Below are positions 9,854 through 21,563 of a DNA stretch of 64,000 bases, in pieces (position 1 is the first letter of the stretch; every line of letters begins with the position of its first letter). The position numbers and the translations under genes are program-made. The notes under the pieces were generated by a model that searched no databases, was not told the DNA's origin, and saw only the letters and a program-made list of their open reading frames with translations. This DNA is from Diplonema japonicum (Eukaryota > Protista > Euglenozoa: Diplonemea). The DNA is taken from positions 413,877 through 477,876 of the forward strand of contig OZ025722.1 of NCBI GenBank assembly GCA_964019335.1. Direction: 5' to 3'.

Positions 9854-11415
9854 ATGGCGAGTAGGCCGTATGGTGAGCTCGATGAGTCCGAAAAGGAGGA
9901 TGTAAAGAGCATTTTGATGAGCGTGTCCAGCTTCAGGGTCGCGAGGCAGGGCCAGAAAGGGTTTCTGAAACAGGAAATGCTCGAAAAGATCGCGCAGATC
10001 ACTACGGTTGAGACGAGGGAGCACAAAGAGATTGTGCAGATGGAGACGAAGCCGGTTGATTCTGCGTACCTGGTGTTGCAGGGTACGTTGGCGAAGTTCC
10101 AAAGGAGCGGCGGTGCGAACCCCGAGATTGTCGAGTACATAGCGCGGGGCGGTCAGATCGGGCAGCTTCACATGATCTGCAACAGCGACGTTGCCTCGAG
10201 CACCTGCCTCGTGGACAGCGACTCGGCCACGTTGGTGAAACTAACGAGGACGGAGCTGGACAAGGTAGTGGAGGCAGACCCCGCGTTGCTGCGAGGGATC
10301 GCCAACAACCTGGCGCTTACTGTGAGGTCGCACGTGAGGAGGAGTCAATCCACTCGACTGGTGCGACTCGTAGAGCACCTGGACGCTGAGGCACCTGAGG
10401 TGTTTGAGAAGAGCAACGAAGTGTCGACGACAGTGCAGTTCATCTCGGCTGCAGCATCTGGCATTGGCAGCATGACGTGTGGGTACCCTTTGGACGTTGT
10501 GAGGACAAGGCTCCAGACGGAGGGCAGGGGCGATATCGCTTATGGCCTCCAAATCCTCGCTCAAATCTGGCAAGAGGAAGGTGTCATGGCGTTGTTCCGT
10601 GGGTGGTCCACTAACGCGGTGTCGCACACAGTGCAGAACTCGACGTACCACAGTGTGTATGATAAATTGGTGAAGTTTTTCAAGGGGCCTGGTGAGCAGC
10701 TCAGCGACCCTGTGCGTCTGCTGCTGGGTGTCCTTGCAGGGTGCTTCGCGGCATTCCTCGTGACACCTCTGTCGATCGTGACCTTTAGAATGCAGGGCAA
10801 GGACGGTGCGGGGCACAACTTGTTCAGCATGCTGTCGAAGATCATCTCCACGGACGGGTTCTTCTCGCTGTGGCACGGCATCGGGCCGTCGCTGGTGCTT
10901 TCGATCAACCCGTGCATCACCTTCTACCTCTTCGATGAGCTGAAGACGTGGTTTATCAGAAGGAAGATTGCGAAGGGGAAGGGCGAGAGCCTGTCTGACT
11001 CCTTCCACGCAAAGCTCACGCCTTTAGAAACACTGTACCTGGGTGCTACTGCGAAAGCAGTGGCCTCTACCATCACCTTCCCGCTGCTCATGGCGAAGAT
11101 TAGGATGGGTCTCTTCGGGAAGGAGAGGTATCCCACCATGCTTGGGACTTTCTCAAAGGTATCATTTCTAAACAAAGACACACACACACGTACCCCCCCT
11201 CCCCTACACAGGTTCTCCGTGAGGAAGGGTTCAACGGCATGTTCAAGGGCATGGGGCTCTCATTGATGAGGTCGATATTCATTGCTGCACTGGAATTTGC
11301 GTATGTTAAGAAGGAAATACAATTTGCAAACAACAAAAATAGTATGCGCGACAAGGTGCAGGAGGCGATACAGCAGGCGTTGTCCCAGAAAGCAAAGAAG
11401 AACAAGAAGCAGTAA
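9854..11415 (+). CDS. cNMP-binding-like domain fused to an SLC25 carrier (peroxisomal PMP34/ANT1-like); join(9854..11158,11212..11300,11343..11415)
   Basis: N-term AYLVLQG..GGQIGQL..LVKLTR (CNB fold); carrier repeats YPLDVVRTRLQ, TPLSIVTFRMQ, FPLLMAKIRM; GIGPSLVLSINP typical of peroxisomal carriers; removing intron 11159-11211 restores VLREEGFNGMFKG; second in-frame intron 11301-11342 is inferred. Confidence 0.85.
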
Positions 11416-12837
11416 GGATGAGGGGAAAACAACAACAAAAAAAAAAAAAAAAAAAAAAAAAAAATGATCTGCAAAAAAAACTTTTTTGGTTTGTCCGTAA
11501 TTTCTTTTTTTCGAAGTAGGTTATGTTTTTTTTTTTTTTTTTTTTTCTTTTTTGCACCAAAAAAAAAAAAGAAAAAAAAAAGAGGTGAAAATAAAGAAAG
11601 GGGAAGGAGGAAGAAAAAAAAGGAAAAAAAAAACGTCGGGAAAAAAAAAAGGAAAAGTGAACGAATGATGTTGTTAATAAAAAAGAAACGAAAACAAGGA
11701 GAAGAAGAAAAAGAGAAGAAAAAGAAGAGGGCCCCTTTGGGGCAGGAGTTGCTTACTTTTCAAGAAAAGAATTCAAAATACGAACACAAAAGAAAAGTAA
11801 TAAAGCGCGTGATGTTTTTTTTTTTTTTTTAACTTCTCAGATCTTTGATTGTATCAGTAAGGAATCCTTCTTGTGAGCTTCGCAGATATACGTGTTTTTG
11901 GTCGATCCCCAGGGAGTGGCACAATAGTAAGAGGTTAAAGAAGTTAGTGTCACTTTTGAAATTTCATATTTGATGTGGAAAGTAACAATCCTGTCCCCCC
12001 CCCCCCCCCCCCCCTGTTTCTTCCTTCTACTTTTTTCTAATATTTATATCCATGCGGGTCTTGGGTGCGTACTCACCTTCGTCACGCCGAGGGGGCACCG
12101 CCAACCTTGAATTCCCCCTACCTGCCTCTTGTTGGACCGCTGTTTGTGATATTCTAATTTTTTTGGTGAAAATCTCCCTACCCCCCCCCCCCCCCCCATT
12201 TGATTCTGGAGCTTCAGTACATTTCTGTTACTTATATTTCCACAGCAAAAATATGAGGTACAAAAAAAAAAAAGAAAGCCAGATAAGCCAGATAAGATTA
12301 CCCCCCTTTTTTTTTTCCTTTTTATTTCTCTCCTCGGGGTCCCTTTCCTCTCAGTGTTTACAGTAGAAAGGCCTTTTATTTGTGAGACTTTTTTTTTCTT
12401 TTTCTTTTTTTGTATTTTTTTTTTCTATTCTATTTTTCGGAAATTTTTAAATGACATATGGAGTGACAACCAAAGAGCAGCGTAGTTACCTTAAAAGCCT
12501 TGAGGGGCGCTTTTCCCAAGGCTCTCCTCTCTTTGACACGGCCTTTGTTTTCCTAAATGTTCCCAATGTTCATGTGTGACATCATCAACCCCTACCAGAG
12601 GGGGGAAACGGAGAGGAAGGGACAGGCGCCCCTTCTCCTTGCCGTCCCATAAGAAAAAAAGAGTCCAGACTATCGTGATCCATGCATCGCAAGCAATCAC
12701 ATGTTTTACTTTTACCTTTCCTCCCCCCCCCTCTTGCTTCTTCCATGATATCGAAGTTTTTCTTCTTCTTTTTTTTTTTAACGTGGTTTTCCCCTTTTTT
12801 TTTTTTTTTTTTTAAGCGACACACCGCACAGCTGGGT

Positions 12838-13872
12838 ATGGGTATGGGGTTAAAATCATTCCTTTGTGTGCTTGGTGTTGCAGCTGTCGCTCAAGGGCAG
12901 AATGTAGTGGACTGCAGCGCGTGTGAAAACGCGGAGGCAACACGCAGCGGAGTATTGGCTTGCACATGCACTGTGAACATCAACTTCCTCGGGTTACAGC
13001 GCAGTGGCGAGGCACAGCTCACAACATCGGAATGCGGCAGTGAATTAAATGCCGCAGTGACGTGGGAAGGCAGCGTTGTGCACAACGGCACAGTGGCCTC
13101 CAGCGACGTCATCACACTGGAGGACGTCGCTTCTTGCAACGACGAGGTGTCCCTGCAGCTGCGTGAGATCCGCTACTCAGAAGAAGGCACCACCTTCTGC
13201 CCCCGTCTCACAGTCTGTGGTGTTATTGATTCCGTCTCGCAGTGCGCTACTATCCAACGCACGCCTGACACCTGCCACAGCAGACGTTCCTGCACTGGCT
13301 GTCTTGCAGACACGTCGTGTCTTTGGTGTGGCATGGCATGTCTCCCACGTGTTGGGAACGTCGACAGGTGCAATGTGTGCACTGCTCCTATCGTTCTCGT
13401 GGAGGACTTGCCAACTTGTCCTAATACTACACAGCCCGCCTGTGCGAGTCGCACTGCCTTCGCAAGCTGTATAAGCGGGGGGTGCTTGTGGTCTGCTGGG
13501 GACAATTCCTGTGCAGACCGCCCTACTCCCCTCCCATCCCCCACCCCGCCTTCACCCACAAACAGCAGACCTTCCGAAGAAAAGCTGCGCCCCACTCGCG
13601 ACATCGAACAGGTGTACGGTGGTGGCGTGGCCTCCCCACGGGACACCGAGGAAGGGTTCAAGTTCAACGAGTACAACTCATTCGGCTCGGCTCAAGAGGG
13701 TATTGTCGGTGTTATATTGCTGCTCTTCTGCTGTTTGTCATGCTGCTTTTGCAGTGTGATGTTCGGGAAGACCATACAAAACAGAAAGTTCATCCAGCTT
13801 AGAGAAGAGAAGATCCAACCTGAAAAGTGTGCCTCTGAGGTGCAGCTTCGTTCCATGACCACAGAGGTATGA
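12838..13872 (+). CDS. Type I membrane protein with Cys-rich PSI-like repeats
   Basis: Signal peptide, CHSRRSCTGCLADTSCLWC and CASRTAFASCISGGCLW repeats, Pro/Thr linker, TM helix with CC clusters. Confidence 0.75.
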   Translation: MGMGLKSFLCVLGVAAVAQGQNVVDCSACENAEATRSGVLACTCTVNINFLGLQRSGEAQLTTSECGSELNAAVTWEGSVVHNGTVASSDVITLEDVASCNDEVSLQLREIRYSEEGTTFCPRLTVCGVIDSVSQCATIQRTPDTCHSRRSCTGCLADTSCLWCGMACLPRVGNVDRCNVCTAPIVLVEDLPTCPNTTQPACASRTAFASCISGGCLWSAGDNSCADRPTPLPSPTPPSPTNSRPSEEKLRPTRDIEQVYGGGVASPRDTEEGFKFNEYNSFGSAQEGIVGVILLLFCCLSCCFCSVMFGKTIQNRKFIQLREEKIQPEKCASEVQLRSMTTEV

Positions 13873-14095
13873 GAAACACTGTATGTCACCAGCACAGGGA
13901 CCCAACTCATTCTACTCGAACAACGACGACTTGGCACAATGCACTATCTGATAGCATAAAAAGAAAGGAAAATACACCTAACCCCCCATGCCTTGCTGCT
14001 CTGTGGTGTTGATGCGAAGCAAGCCTTGCCCACAGTACGATAAAGTTTTCTTTTTAAATTTGCTTCTTGTTATTTTTACAACAGAAGGGTTCAAC

Positions 14096-15307
14096 ATGAG
14101 GCGCCGGGGGTTCTCACTCTTCGGAGGTAGTAATGCCACTGAACCCCCGCAGGCGAAACCGTTAGAACCCTTGTCAGGCAACCCGGCATCTGAAGCACAG
14201 GCACAAACGCAGCCTGCACACGCGGGGTTGAAGAGAAGATTCTCGTTGTTTGGGGATGCGACCCCTTCTAAGGTACAACCGCCTTCGACCCCAAAGGCAG
14301 GTATCCCACCCCCGTTAGTCGCGCAGAGCACAGGGAAGAGCAGTAGCGGTTCTGAGACTGTGGAAAACCTTCTTGATTTTGACTCCCCGGTACAGTGGAA
14401 TTGCGAAATGTGCACCTTCAGGAACAAATCAAGCGCTGATAAGTGTGAGATTTGCGAACACATGCGGCACGCGGAGGCGGCCTCTTCTTCCTCTTCATCC
14501 ACCTCTGAGTCAGTGGCCTCACAGCATTCTCCTATTAAAAAGCTGAATATAGAGTACACGTTTATCGACTCGGAGTCGAGTGAAGATGAGGAGGTCGTTC
14601 TCCCCCCGAAGGCCGTCCCTTGTAAGCGACCCGAACGAGAACCCTGCACAATCCCACCGGTTCAAGTGCCCATGACCAGCCCAGAACCTGAATCCGAAGA
14701 AGAAGAAGAAGAAGATACAGGCTTTACGTCTGCATTCACCATACGCCGCCCTCCCCAGCCCACTGCAAGTACTGGCATGACGACTGCACCCGAGCCTTCT
14801 ATGGCGTCTGTTTTGAAGTACGGTACAGAAGGAGTGAAGACGAAGGCCGCAAAGAAGCCCGCTGCCAAAAGGGCACCCAGAAAACCTGCACCGAAAAAAG
14901 AGAAAAAGGAAAAGAAAAAGAAAGTTTACGAGAAGTGTACTTGGATCACCAAAAACGGCCGAAGGATACTCCTGGTGGGCAGGAAACAGCTGCAAGGCGG
15001 CGGCGCGTACAAGCACTGGCAAGGTTGGCAGGAACAACAAAAGCTAGCGGAAGTAGGCGGGGGTGAGGTGGCGGCCCCACAGACTCAGGCGAAAGCAAAA
15101 GCGAAAGCAAAGCCAAAACCGAAGAAACAACTAACACCCTTCGCCAATACAGGCCAGCCGCGCACTGGGCTCACTGGGATATCAGAGTTTGCCCCGCCAC
15201 CGGCAAAGAAAAGTAAAACTCAATCCAACGCTCAAAACGGCAGCGTGTTCTATGGTGAACTGGACTCGGGGCATTATGTAGATGAGGTTATTGGTTGGGA
15301 GACATAG
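14096..15307 (+). CDS. Low-complexity protein with RanBP2-type zinc finger
   Basis: WNCEMCTFRNKSSADKCEICE fits W-x-C-x2-C-x3-N-x6-C-x2-C; start placed at the ATG following a T-rich tract and ACAG. Confidence 0.85.
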   Translation: MRRRGFSLFGGSNATEPPQAKPLEPLSGNPASEAQAQTQPAHAGLKRRFSLFGDATPSKVQPPSTPKAGIPPPLVAQSTGKSSSGSETVENLLDFDSPVQWNCEMCTFRNKSSADKCEICEHMRHAEAASSSSSSTSESVASQHSPIKKLNIEYTFIDSESSEDEEVVLPPKAVPCKRPEREPCTIPPVQVPMTSPEPESEEEEEEDTGFTSAFTIRRPPQPTASTGMTTAPEPSMASVLKYGTEGVKTKAAKKPAAKRAPRKPAPKKEKKEKKKKVYEKCTWITKNGRRILLVGRKQLQGGGAYKHWQGWQEQQKLAEVGGGEVAAPQTQAKAKAKAKPKPKKQLTPFANTGQPRTGLTGISEFAPPPAKKSKTQSNAQNGSVFYGELDSGHYVDEVIGWET

Positions 15308-15364
15308 AAAGTAAAAGCAATATCATAGCATGCCCAAAACAACACACCAAAGGCTCAATGTAAC

Positions 15365-17338
15365 ATGATGCGCAGGTGCCTGCCGCTGTCGAATGAGCAA
15401 GTGTTGAACGTGCTGAACAAGCTGAACATCAGAAACAGTATAGATGGCAGGTCAGAGAAGGTGAGACACCTCAAAACTGTGAACAAGCCTACTGCGAGCG
15501 CTGATGCTGAGACGGCCACAAGGCTTCGGCTGAACTATCTGCGTCACGCGAAGAAGACATGGATGGAAGGGTACGAGCAAATACGGAGCAGCAGGAGGAA
15601 CATGATGCAGGAGTTCCTGGAGGCCAAGAGGGCCGGCAGAGTAGGGCCGTTGTCTTTCGAGGTTGTTGTCGCGTTCTTCGCGGTGCGCGGGATGGACAAA
15701 AGGGTCGAGAAAGTACTGCAGCTAGCGCACTCATCAAATATACGAAACACAGATGCCATGTGGACGTCCTTGCTGTCATGCTACGCGAAGAACGGCATGC
15801 TGCGTGAGACGCTTCGCACGTTCAAAATCATCAGGAAGCAGAACCGAGAGGTATCAATGAAGACGTTGTTACCAATATTGACGGTAATGACAAAGAGAGG
15901 ACTCAAGATGCGCGCACTGCAAGCAGCTACCGAGCTGCTTAAGATAGTGGGTCCAAGGAGCGAGCTGTACGCATCAGTGTTGTCGGTAGTCAGCACAAGG
16001 GAAGAGTGCCGCGTGGTGTTCCAGGAAATGGTAGACTGCAACATTGACATCACTGATGTGCACCTCACGTCAGGCATGCAGTCATGTTTCCAAACGAGAG
16101 ACGTGGAGCAAGCCCTGCGCCTCCACCATATGTCGCTGACATCACAAGCCCAATTTACAAGCAGCTCCTGGAGTGCATTGGCAAAAGTAGCAAGGCTTTC
16201 GGGAGATCACGACAGTTTGGAGGATATCTGTAACCTTGCAACAACAAACACAGAACCATCACCGCGTTTGTTTTACAGCCTCCTCTACAGCGCCCTCGAC
16301 AGGTGTGATCTGACTGCTGCAAGAATGGCTTACATATCTGCGAACAACTGGAAATTGGCGGGGCATCTCAGGCTGCACTCTAGGACTATGCTTGCACAAG
16401 GCATGCGGTCCAATGCCAAGGATCTGATTAAAACATTCGAGTCACGTCCAATGGGGAAGTACACCATCATGAGCTTGCATGTGTTTCAATGGGGCCTTGT
16501 GTCCGCCTTGATACACGTGCACCCCTGCAGGGCATGCGTTTTCATGAACTACTGCAAAGCCATCTGCGGGTATGACATCGCGCTGTTCTTGATGGCGTTT
16601 CACTCGTACCTCCTGCGAGGGTTGGGAGCGGTATATCTGTGGAAAGTGGCAAAAAAGTACAATTTATACAAACGTTCGGGCAGAAGCACAGCACCTGAGT
16701 TGACGATGGGTGTGTACAGATACTTAGTAATGGGTGCCTTGAGGAGAGTCGAGGGTGGCAATAAGGACGGCGCAAGGTTGGTAGCGGAGATATTTGATTG
16801 GTTGTTGTCGAACGGCAAGAGCACGGTGTGCTGCTCGCTGTTGTCATGCCTTGTCTTGGTGACGAATGTAACGGGAGACGTGGGGCTGCTGCTCCGACTC
16901 GTGAAACGTCTTCTAGGGGAGGAGGTGTGGTGGGGTGCTGCGCGAGAGCATGTTTCCTTTTTTATCGAAATGTTTATATTAAGTGGCGACCGGGCTGCTG
17001 CCGAAAAGCTCAAATTAATACGCGAGGAGCTCGCCGCTCAGAGGCTGACCTTCGCAATGATGCGGGGACCGAATCCAGCAGATCTGGTAAACGACGAGCT
17101 GGCCATCATCCACAATGGGATCGTCTCATCCACACAGGATGAGGCTAGCAGCCACTTGTCTGATTCTACCCTCAGAGAGATCAAACACTGCACGTCCATC
17201 ACCGACATGCTAAAGATTCTTCCATCCAATGAGGTGCTCCATGACGCCTCACATCTCCCCGATAAAGGCCTCCTCTTGCACAGAAACACGACAGTGGTAG
17301 CGGGCCTGAGTGACATAATCATAAGCGGATCACAATAG
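15365..17338 (+). CDS. Pentatricopeptide-repeat protein, probably mitochondrial
   Basis: PPR-like units such as MWTSLLSCYAKNGMLRETLRTFKII and LYASVLSVV..VFQEMVDCNI; N-terminal MMRR resembles a euglenozoan mitochondrial presequence. Confidence 0.75.
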   Translation: MMRRCLPLSNEQVLNVLNKLNIRNSIDGRSEKVRHLKTVNKPTASADAETATRLRLNYLRHAKKTWMEGYEQIRSSRRNMMQEFLEAKRAGRVGPLSFEVVVAFFAVRGMDKRVEKVLQLAHSSNIRNTDAMWTSLLSCYAKNGMLRETLRTFKIIRKQNREVSMKTLLPILTVMTKRGLKMRALQAATELLKIVGPRSELYASVLSVVSTREECRVVFQEMVDCNIDITDVHLTSGMQSCFQTRDVEQALRLHHMSLTSQAQFTSSSWSALAKVARLSGDHDSLEDICNLATTNTEPSPRLFYSLLYSALDRCDLTAARMAYISANNWKLAGHLRLHSRTMLAQGMRSNAKDLIKTFESRPMGKYTIMSLHVFQWGLVSALIHVHPCRACVFMNYCKAICGYDIALFLMAFHSYLLRGLGAVYLWKVAKKYNLYKRSGRSTAPELTMGVYRYLVMGALRRVEGGNKDGARLVAEIFDWLLSNGKSTVCCSLLSCLVLVTNVTGDVGLLLRLVKRLLGEEVWWGAAREHVSFFIEMFILSGDRAAAEKLKLIREELAAQRLTFAMMRGPNPADLVNDELAIIHNGIVSSTQDEASSHLSDSTLREIKHCTSITDMLKILPSNEVLHDASHLPDKGLLLHRNTTVVAGLSDIIISGSQ

Positions 17339-17421
17339 TTTGTATCGAAGATCCTTCCCCCCCCTTTCCTTTCACACGGTTCGTGTTATTTTCATGTCAG
17401 ACAAAACGCAAGGGGGGGAAA

Positions 17422-19074
17422 ATGGCAACTGTAGAGGAGCTGCAAAATAGAATCCTGGATAAACAACAGGAGGTATGGCAATTGCGTTGTGTATCACTCC
17501 TCACAGATCGAGAGGCTAGAGGTACTCCTGGAGAGGCGAAAGCATGACCTCGATACTGAGTCGCAGACCATTCAGGACCTGGAGATTATGATGGGGGTAT
17601 GTTGCGGGGACAAAACGCATAATTAACCTCACAGACAAGCAACGTGCCCTCGCTTAGAGAACTGGGGAAGGAAGTAGCGCCCGAGGACTTCCTTGACATG
17701 ATCAACAGGCTTGAGAACAAGCTGAAGCTGCAGCAAATGAGGTCTGCAGCCATCTCGAAAGATGTCAATGAGTCGCGCCTCATGAACAGGCAGGTGGAAG
17801 ATGTCATCCAGAGCCTAGACGAGGAAGCCCAGAGGATCAAGGCGATCACGGGTTACAAAGGGCCTGAGCTGTCCAGCAACAACGTTCACATTTGTACCAA
17901 GCTGTCCCCGCCTGAGCAGCAGCTATTATTCCAGGTGTGTTTACTCTTTTGCTTTTGCTGATAAACCCTTCGCAGGAGCTGAGAATTCTCTCTGCTAAGA
18001 TAAAAGAGGAAATACGTGCGACAAAGGTGTTGCTGGATCAGAAGACAAAGGTGATCGAAGGCTTCACGAAAAGGGAAGACAATCTGGCAGAGCTACAGGA
18101 GAAAGTGTTCGAGTTGAGGAACGAGCTGAACGCGAAGAACAACGAGCTGCACAATGTGAACGAGGAGCACGAGTACTACAGAAAGGAGCACTTGAAGGCG
18201 GACAGAATGATCGCAAAGTTGGAGAATGAGAACGGGAGCGGATGCTTGTCGTCGCTAATGCAAGACAAGCTGTTCTTGAAGGCGAAGATCTACGAGCATG
18301 TGGACATGAGGAGGACGCAAGACAAGGCAATCAAGGCGCAGTCCTTCAGGCTGGCACACCTGCAGATGAGAGCTGACATGATCACAAATGCTGTAGCAGA
18401 TCTGAAGATGACAGAGATCGTGTCTTCAAAGCTGAAGGGAACGCTTGCCCCTGTGGAGGAACCTGTGTGCTCGCTTGACATCGAGACCATCCTCCCGTCT
18501 GACGAGACTATCGACGTGGCGCTCTACGAACTGCTGTGCCGCGACGTGGAAGCAATCAACAACTCCATTGGCCTCAAGGACATTATCCTTCTGGAGAAGG
18601 AGGCAACCATTGAGGCCTTGGAAGAGAAGGTCGAAAGGGTGCTCTACACCAACGAGGAGGACTTCATAGCGAAGAACGATGACGTGCTCACTCTGCAGCA
18701 CGACGTGAAGCAGCTGCACAGGGTATGGAAACGCACTGAAATGCAACCCCTCAACAGGAAGTCTGGAATGACAGAGAGGCGTACCAGCAAGAGATCGCTG
18801 AACTCAGGAAGAATAAGACAGAAGCACAAAAGAAACTTGTGAAGGTCAGGAAATCAGTGAGGAGCCAAAGCGGTAGGTAGTTTCTCACTCCCCGTCCCTG
18901 TATTACCTGAGCCTGCTATCGCCTTCTTCCTTTTTTATTTTTATTTTAGTGTATTAACCGTTTTCTTGTACGAACCCCTTCCCTCCCCCCACCCCATTGT
19001 TCTCCTTCCCTTGTCAATGTTTCCCCGATTCCCCCGCAGCAGAGGATGAAGAAAACAAGGTTAAAGAAGAATAA
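17422..19074 (+). CDS. Coiled-coil protein; join(17422..17472,17507..17596,17635..17934,17976..18722,18758..18872,19040..19074)
   Basis: Five GT-AG introns (34, 38, 41, 35, 167 nt) join ORF fragments 17644 and 17937 into one frame; heptad-rich; last intron less certain. Confidence 0.8.
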
Positions 19075-19225
19075 CCTTGAAGCCGTTCCTTGGCTCTAGT
19101 GCAGGAGGTTGTGGGAATCTGGTATGTATGTATGTCTGGTTTCCCTACTACGAGCCTCGACTCCCTCAATTTCTTGTATTGCTTTCTATTCAAGTATGCA
19201 CCCTTCTTACACAGGCATCAAAAAA

Positions 19226-21199
19226 ATGGCAAAATCTAAAAAAGCTCAAACGAGAGTGTTTGAAGAAGCACCCGTCGTCGACGTGCCTGTGGAGTGTTTG
19301 TTGGGCGGCAGCGACAAATGCGACTTCTCTGACTACGTGGTGAAGTCGAAAGGCGAGTTCGATGTGCAGAAGGAGACGGTGGCACTCCCTGCGGAGTACA
19401 AGGACATAGTAGTAGAAGAAGAGGAAGAGGAGCCTGTTGAAACCCGCAGACCCTCGCAGAGCCACGACTACAGTGTGCGCCAAGCAAAGGTGCCCACCCC
19501 AGCGGCCATCCACTCGACCCCCTCCCACACTTCCTTCCACATGACTAACGACTACATCAACGACTACGACATGATCCATGGCCAGCCTGTTTGCGGCGAC
19601 TGGAGGAAGCTGGGTTCTTGCAAAAGAGAGATGTGCCGCTACGTCCACGTGGACCCCACCAAGAGGCCTCCGAAGCAGCACAAGCCTGCCGTCCGCGAGG
19701 TTCCATGCAGGTACTATGCCCAAGGAAATTGCACCAAGGGTCACCAGTGCCCCTTCTCTCACTCCTCCTACGGTGGGTACGGCGACAGTAGTATGTCGTC
19801 GCACTCGCCCTACGACAGCTCCCACATGTGGGACAGCCCGTACCACTCGTCGATGCACATGGGGATGGGGATGGGGATGAACAGCATGAGCATGATGAAC
19901 CCTATGACTTACCAGGCTTATAACGGCTACGGCGGCTATGCTCCTTCAACTCCTTCGGCTACTCACCAAGAAGAAATCCCTCCTCACCCTGACTGGCAGG
20001 GGCCTGGCTGGACCAAGGGAAACACGACAAGCAGCACCACCCAACGCCAACAAGAGGAAAAGCCAGTGTACAAGGACGACGGCTCGGAGATGGTGACCAA
20101 GGTGCGAACGAAGCTTGCGGCACAGGAGACGCTCATTTTGTCTTCTGTCATTCTAGCGGCCTTTGACTGGAGTGAGGACGACATGAGCATGCTGCTTGGC
20201 CTGGGGACCAACAGCATCGGTCTGACGAGGTTCAAGAGCGTTCTCGTGAAGAGATCGATTAGGCACTGCAGAGAGGCAGGACATGCCAATGCTATCGCGA
20301 ATCTGATTGATTGGGAAAAGAAGCTCCTTCCGTGGCTGCCTGAGGTGGAGGGCGACTTTGCGAAGTACTTCGAGAGCAACCTGTGCTCCAGGATTGTCGA
20401 AGTGCTGCGCTGCATGGCGGCGTCGCCGTCTTCTAGGTTTAGAATTCCAGACGATTCGTGCGTGGAGGCGGCGAAGTCTGACCCTGCGGCAGTGCTGCTG
20501 ACCTACTGGCAGCCACACAGCTCGAGGCTTATGCGCAATGACATGCTGAAGGAGTGGCCGGAGGCCGACCTGTCGTGTTTGGAGCCGATGCCAGCTGACC
20601 CGCATGCTGTTTTCACGCATACATCTGAGATCTCGTGGACGCCTTCCGTGCACAGCTCATGGCCCGTCACTTTCAGGGGCAGGACGAGGGCCCTCTTGAA
20701 GGCAACTATGATGAGGAAGTACATGAAGATGGACCTTCCGCTGTTAGGTATTTGCAAGCATCAACCATCTCATAAAATAAAACAAAAATACAACAGGCAG
20801 CGTACTCTCCTTCCTGCCGCCTGTGTGCCCTTGCGATGTTCCCCATGACCCCGAGAACACGAATTTCTTGGACATTGTGTGTGCTGTGCTTGCGCACTAC
20901 TCGCTGAACGCTCTAGGTGCCACCGAGGAGTCGCATTCAGTGGTATGTTAAATCACTCTTTTTGTTGTTTTTCTCACCATCTACAGGTGAAGGAGAGGCT
21001 TGGAGAGTCCGTGTGGCCTGTCATCCTCGGCGTGTTCGGGGAGTCATGCGCCCCCAAGATCACAGGGATGTTCCTGCAGATGGATCCTGAGGACCTTCTG
21101 CTTGACATTGTGAACGGGCACCGCTTCATTGAATCACTGCAAGAGGCATGGAAGGTGTGGGAGAACAGCTCCCAGTCTGGGAGACCAGAAGAGGAATGA
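19226..21199 (+). CDS. Tandem CCCH zinc-finger protein with C-terminal MLLE (PABC) domain; join(19226..20747,20797..20942,20987..21199)
   Basis: CGDWRKLGSCKREMCRYVH and CRYYAQGNCTKGHQCPFSH; last exon KERLGESVWPVI..APKITGMFLQMD matches MLLE; 49- and 44-nt GT-AG introns keep the frame. Confidence 0.85.
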
Positions 21200-21563
21200 A
21201 CACAAAAAGACGTTTAATTATCAATTTCATTAATTAGCCGGGGGGGTTACAAGGGTTTTCTTTGGAATAGTGTTTCACCCCCCCCCCCCCCCCCCTTTTC
21301 TTGTTGCAGGCATATTTCTTATCTTGGGAGGGTGCATATGGTTTGCTTTTCCTTATTCTTTCTTTTTCTCTTTTTATGTATCTATTACTGTGCCTTTTAA
21401 CATTCCTTTTGTCCAGTGGTGCTACTGGAAGTTTACAGTCGTCTACATTTTCCCATCTTGCTCCCCTCCCCATATGTTCCAACGACCCGATATGGTATCA
21501 TTATGATTTGCATGGTTTGCATTTTGAACTTTTTATAAATTGGAAAATGCTACATCACAGGTA

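Noticed and set aside
11282-12824. Poly-Lys/poly-Phe ORFs here and at 6129-6701, 36404-36717, 44490-44828
   Set aside because: Translations of intergenic poly(A)/poly(T) tracts
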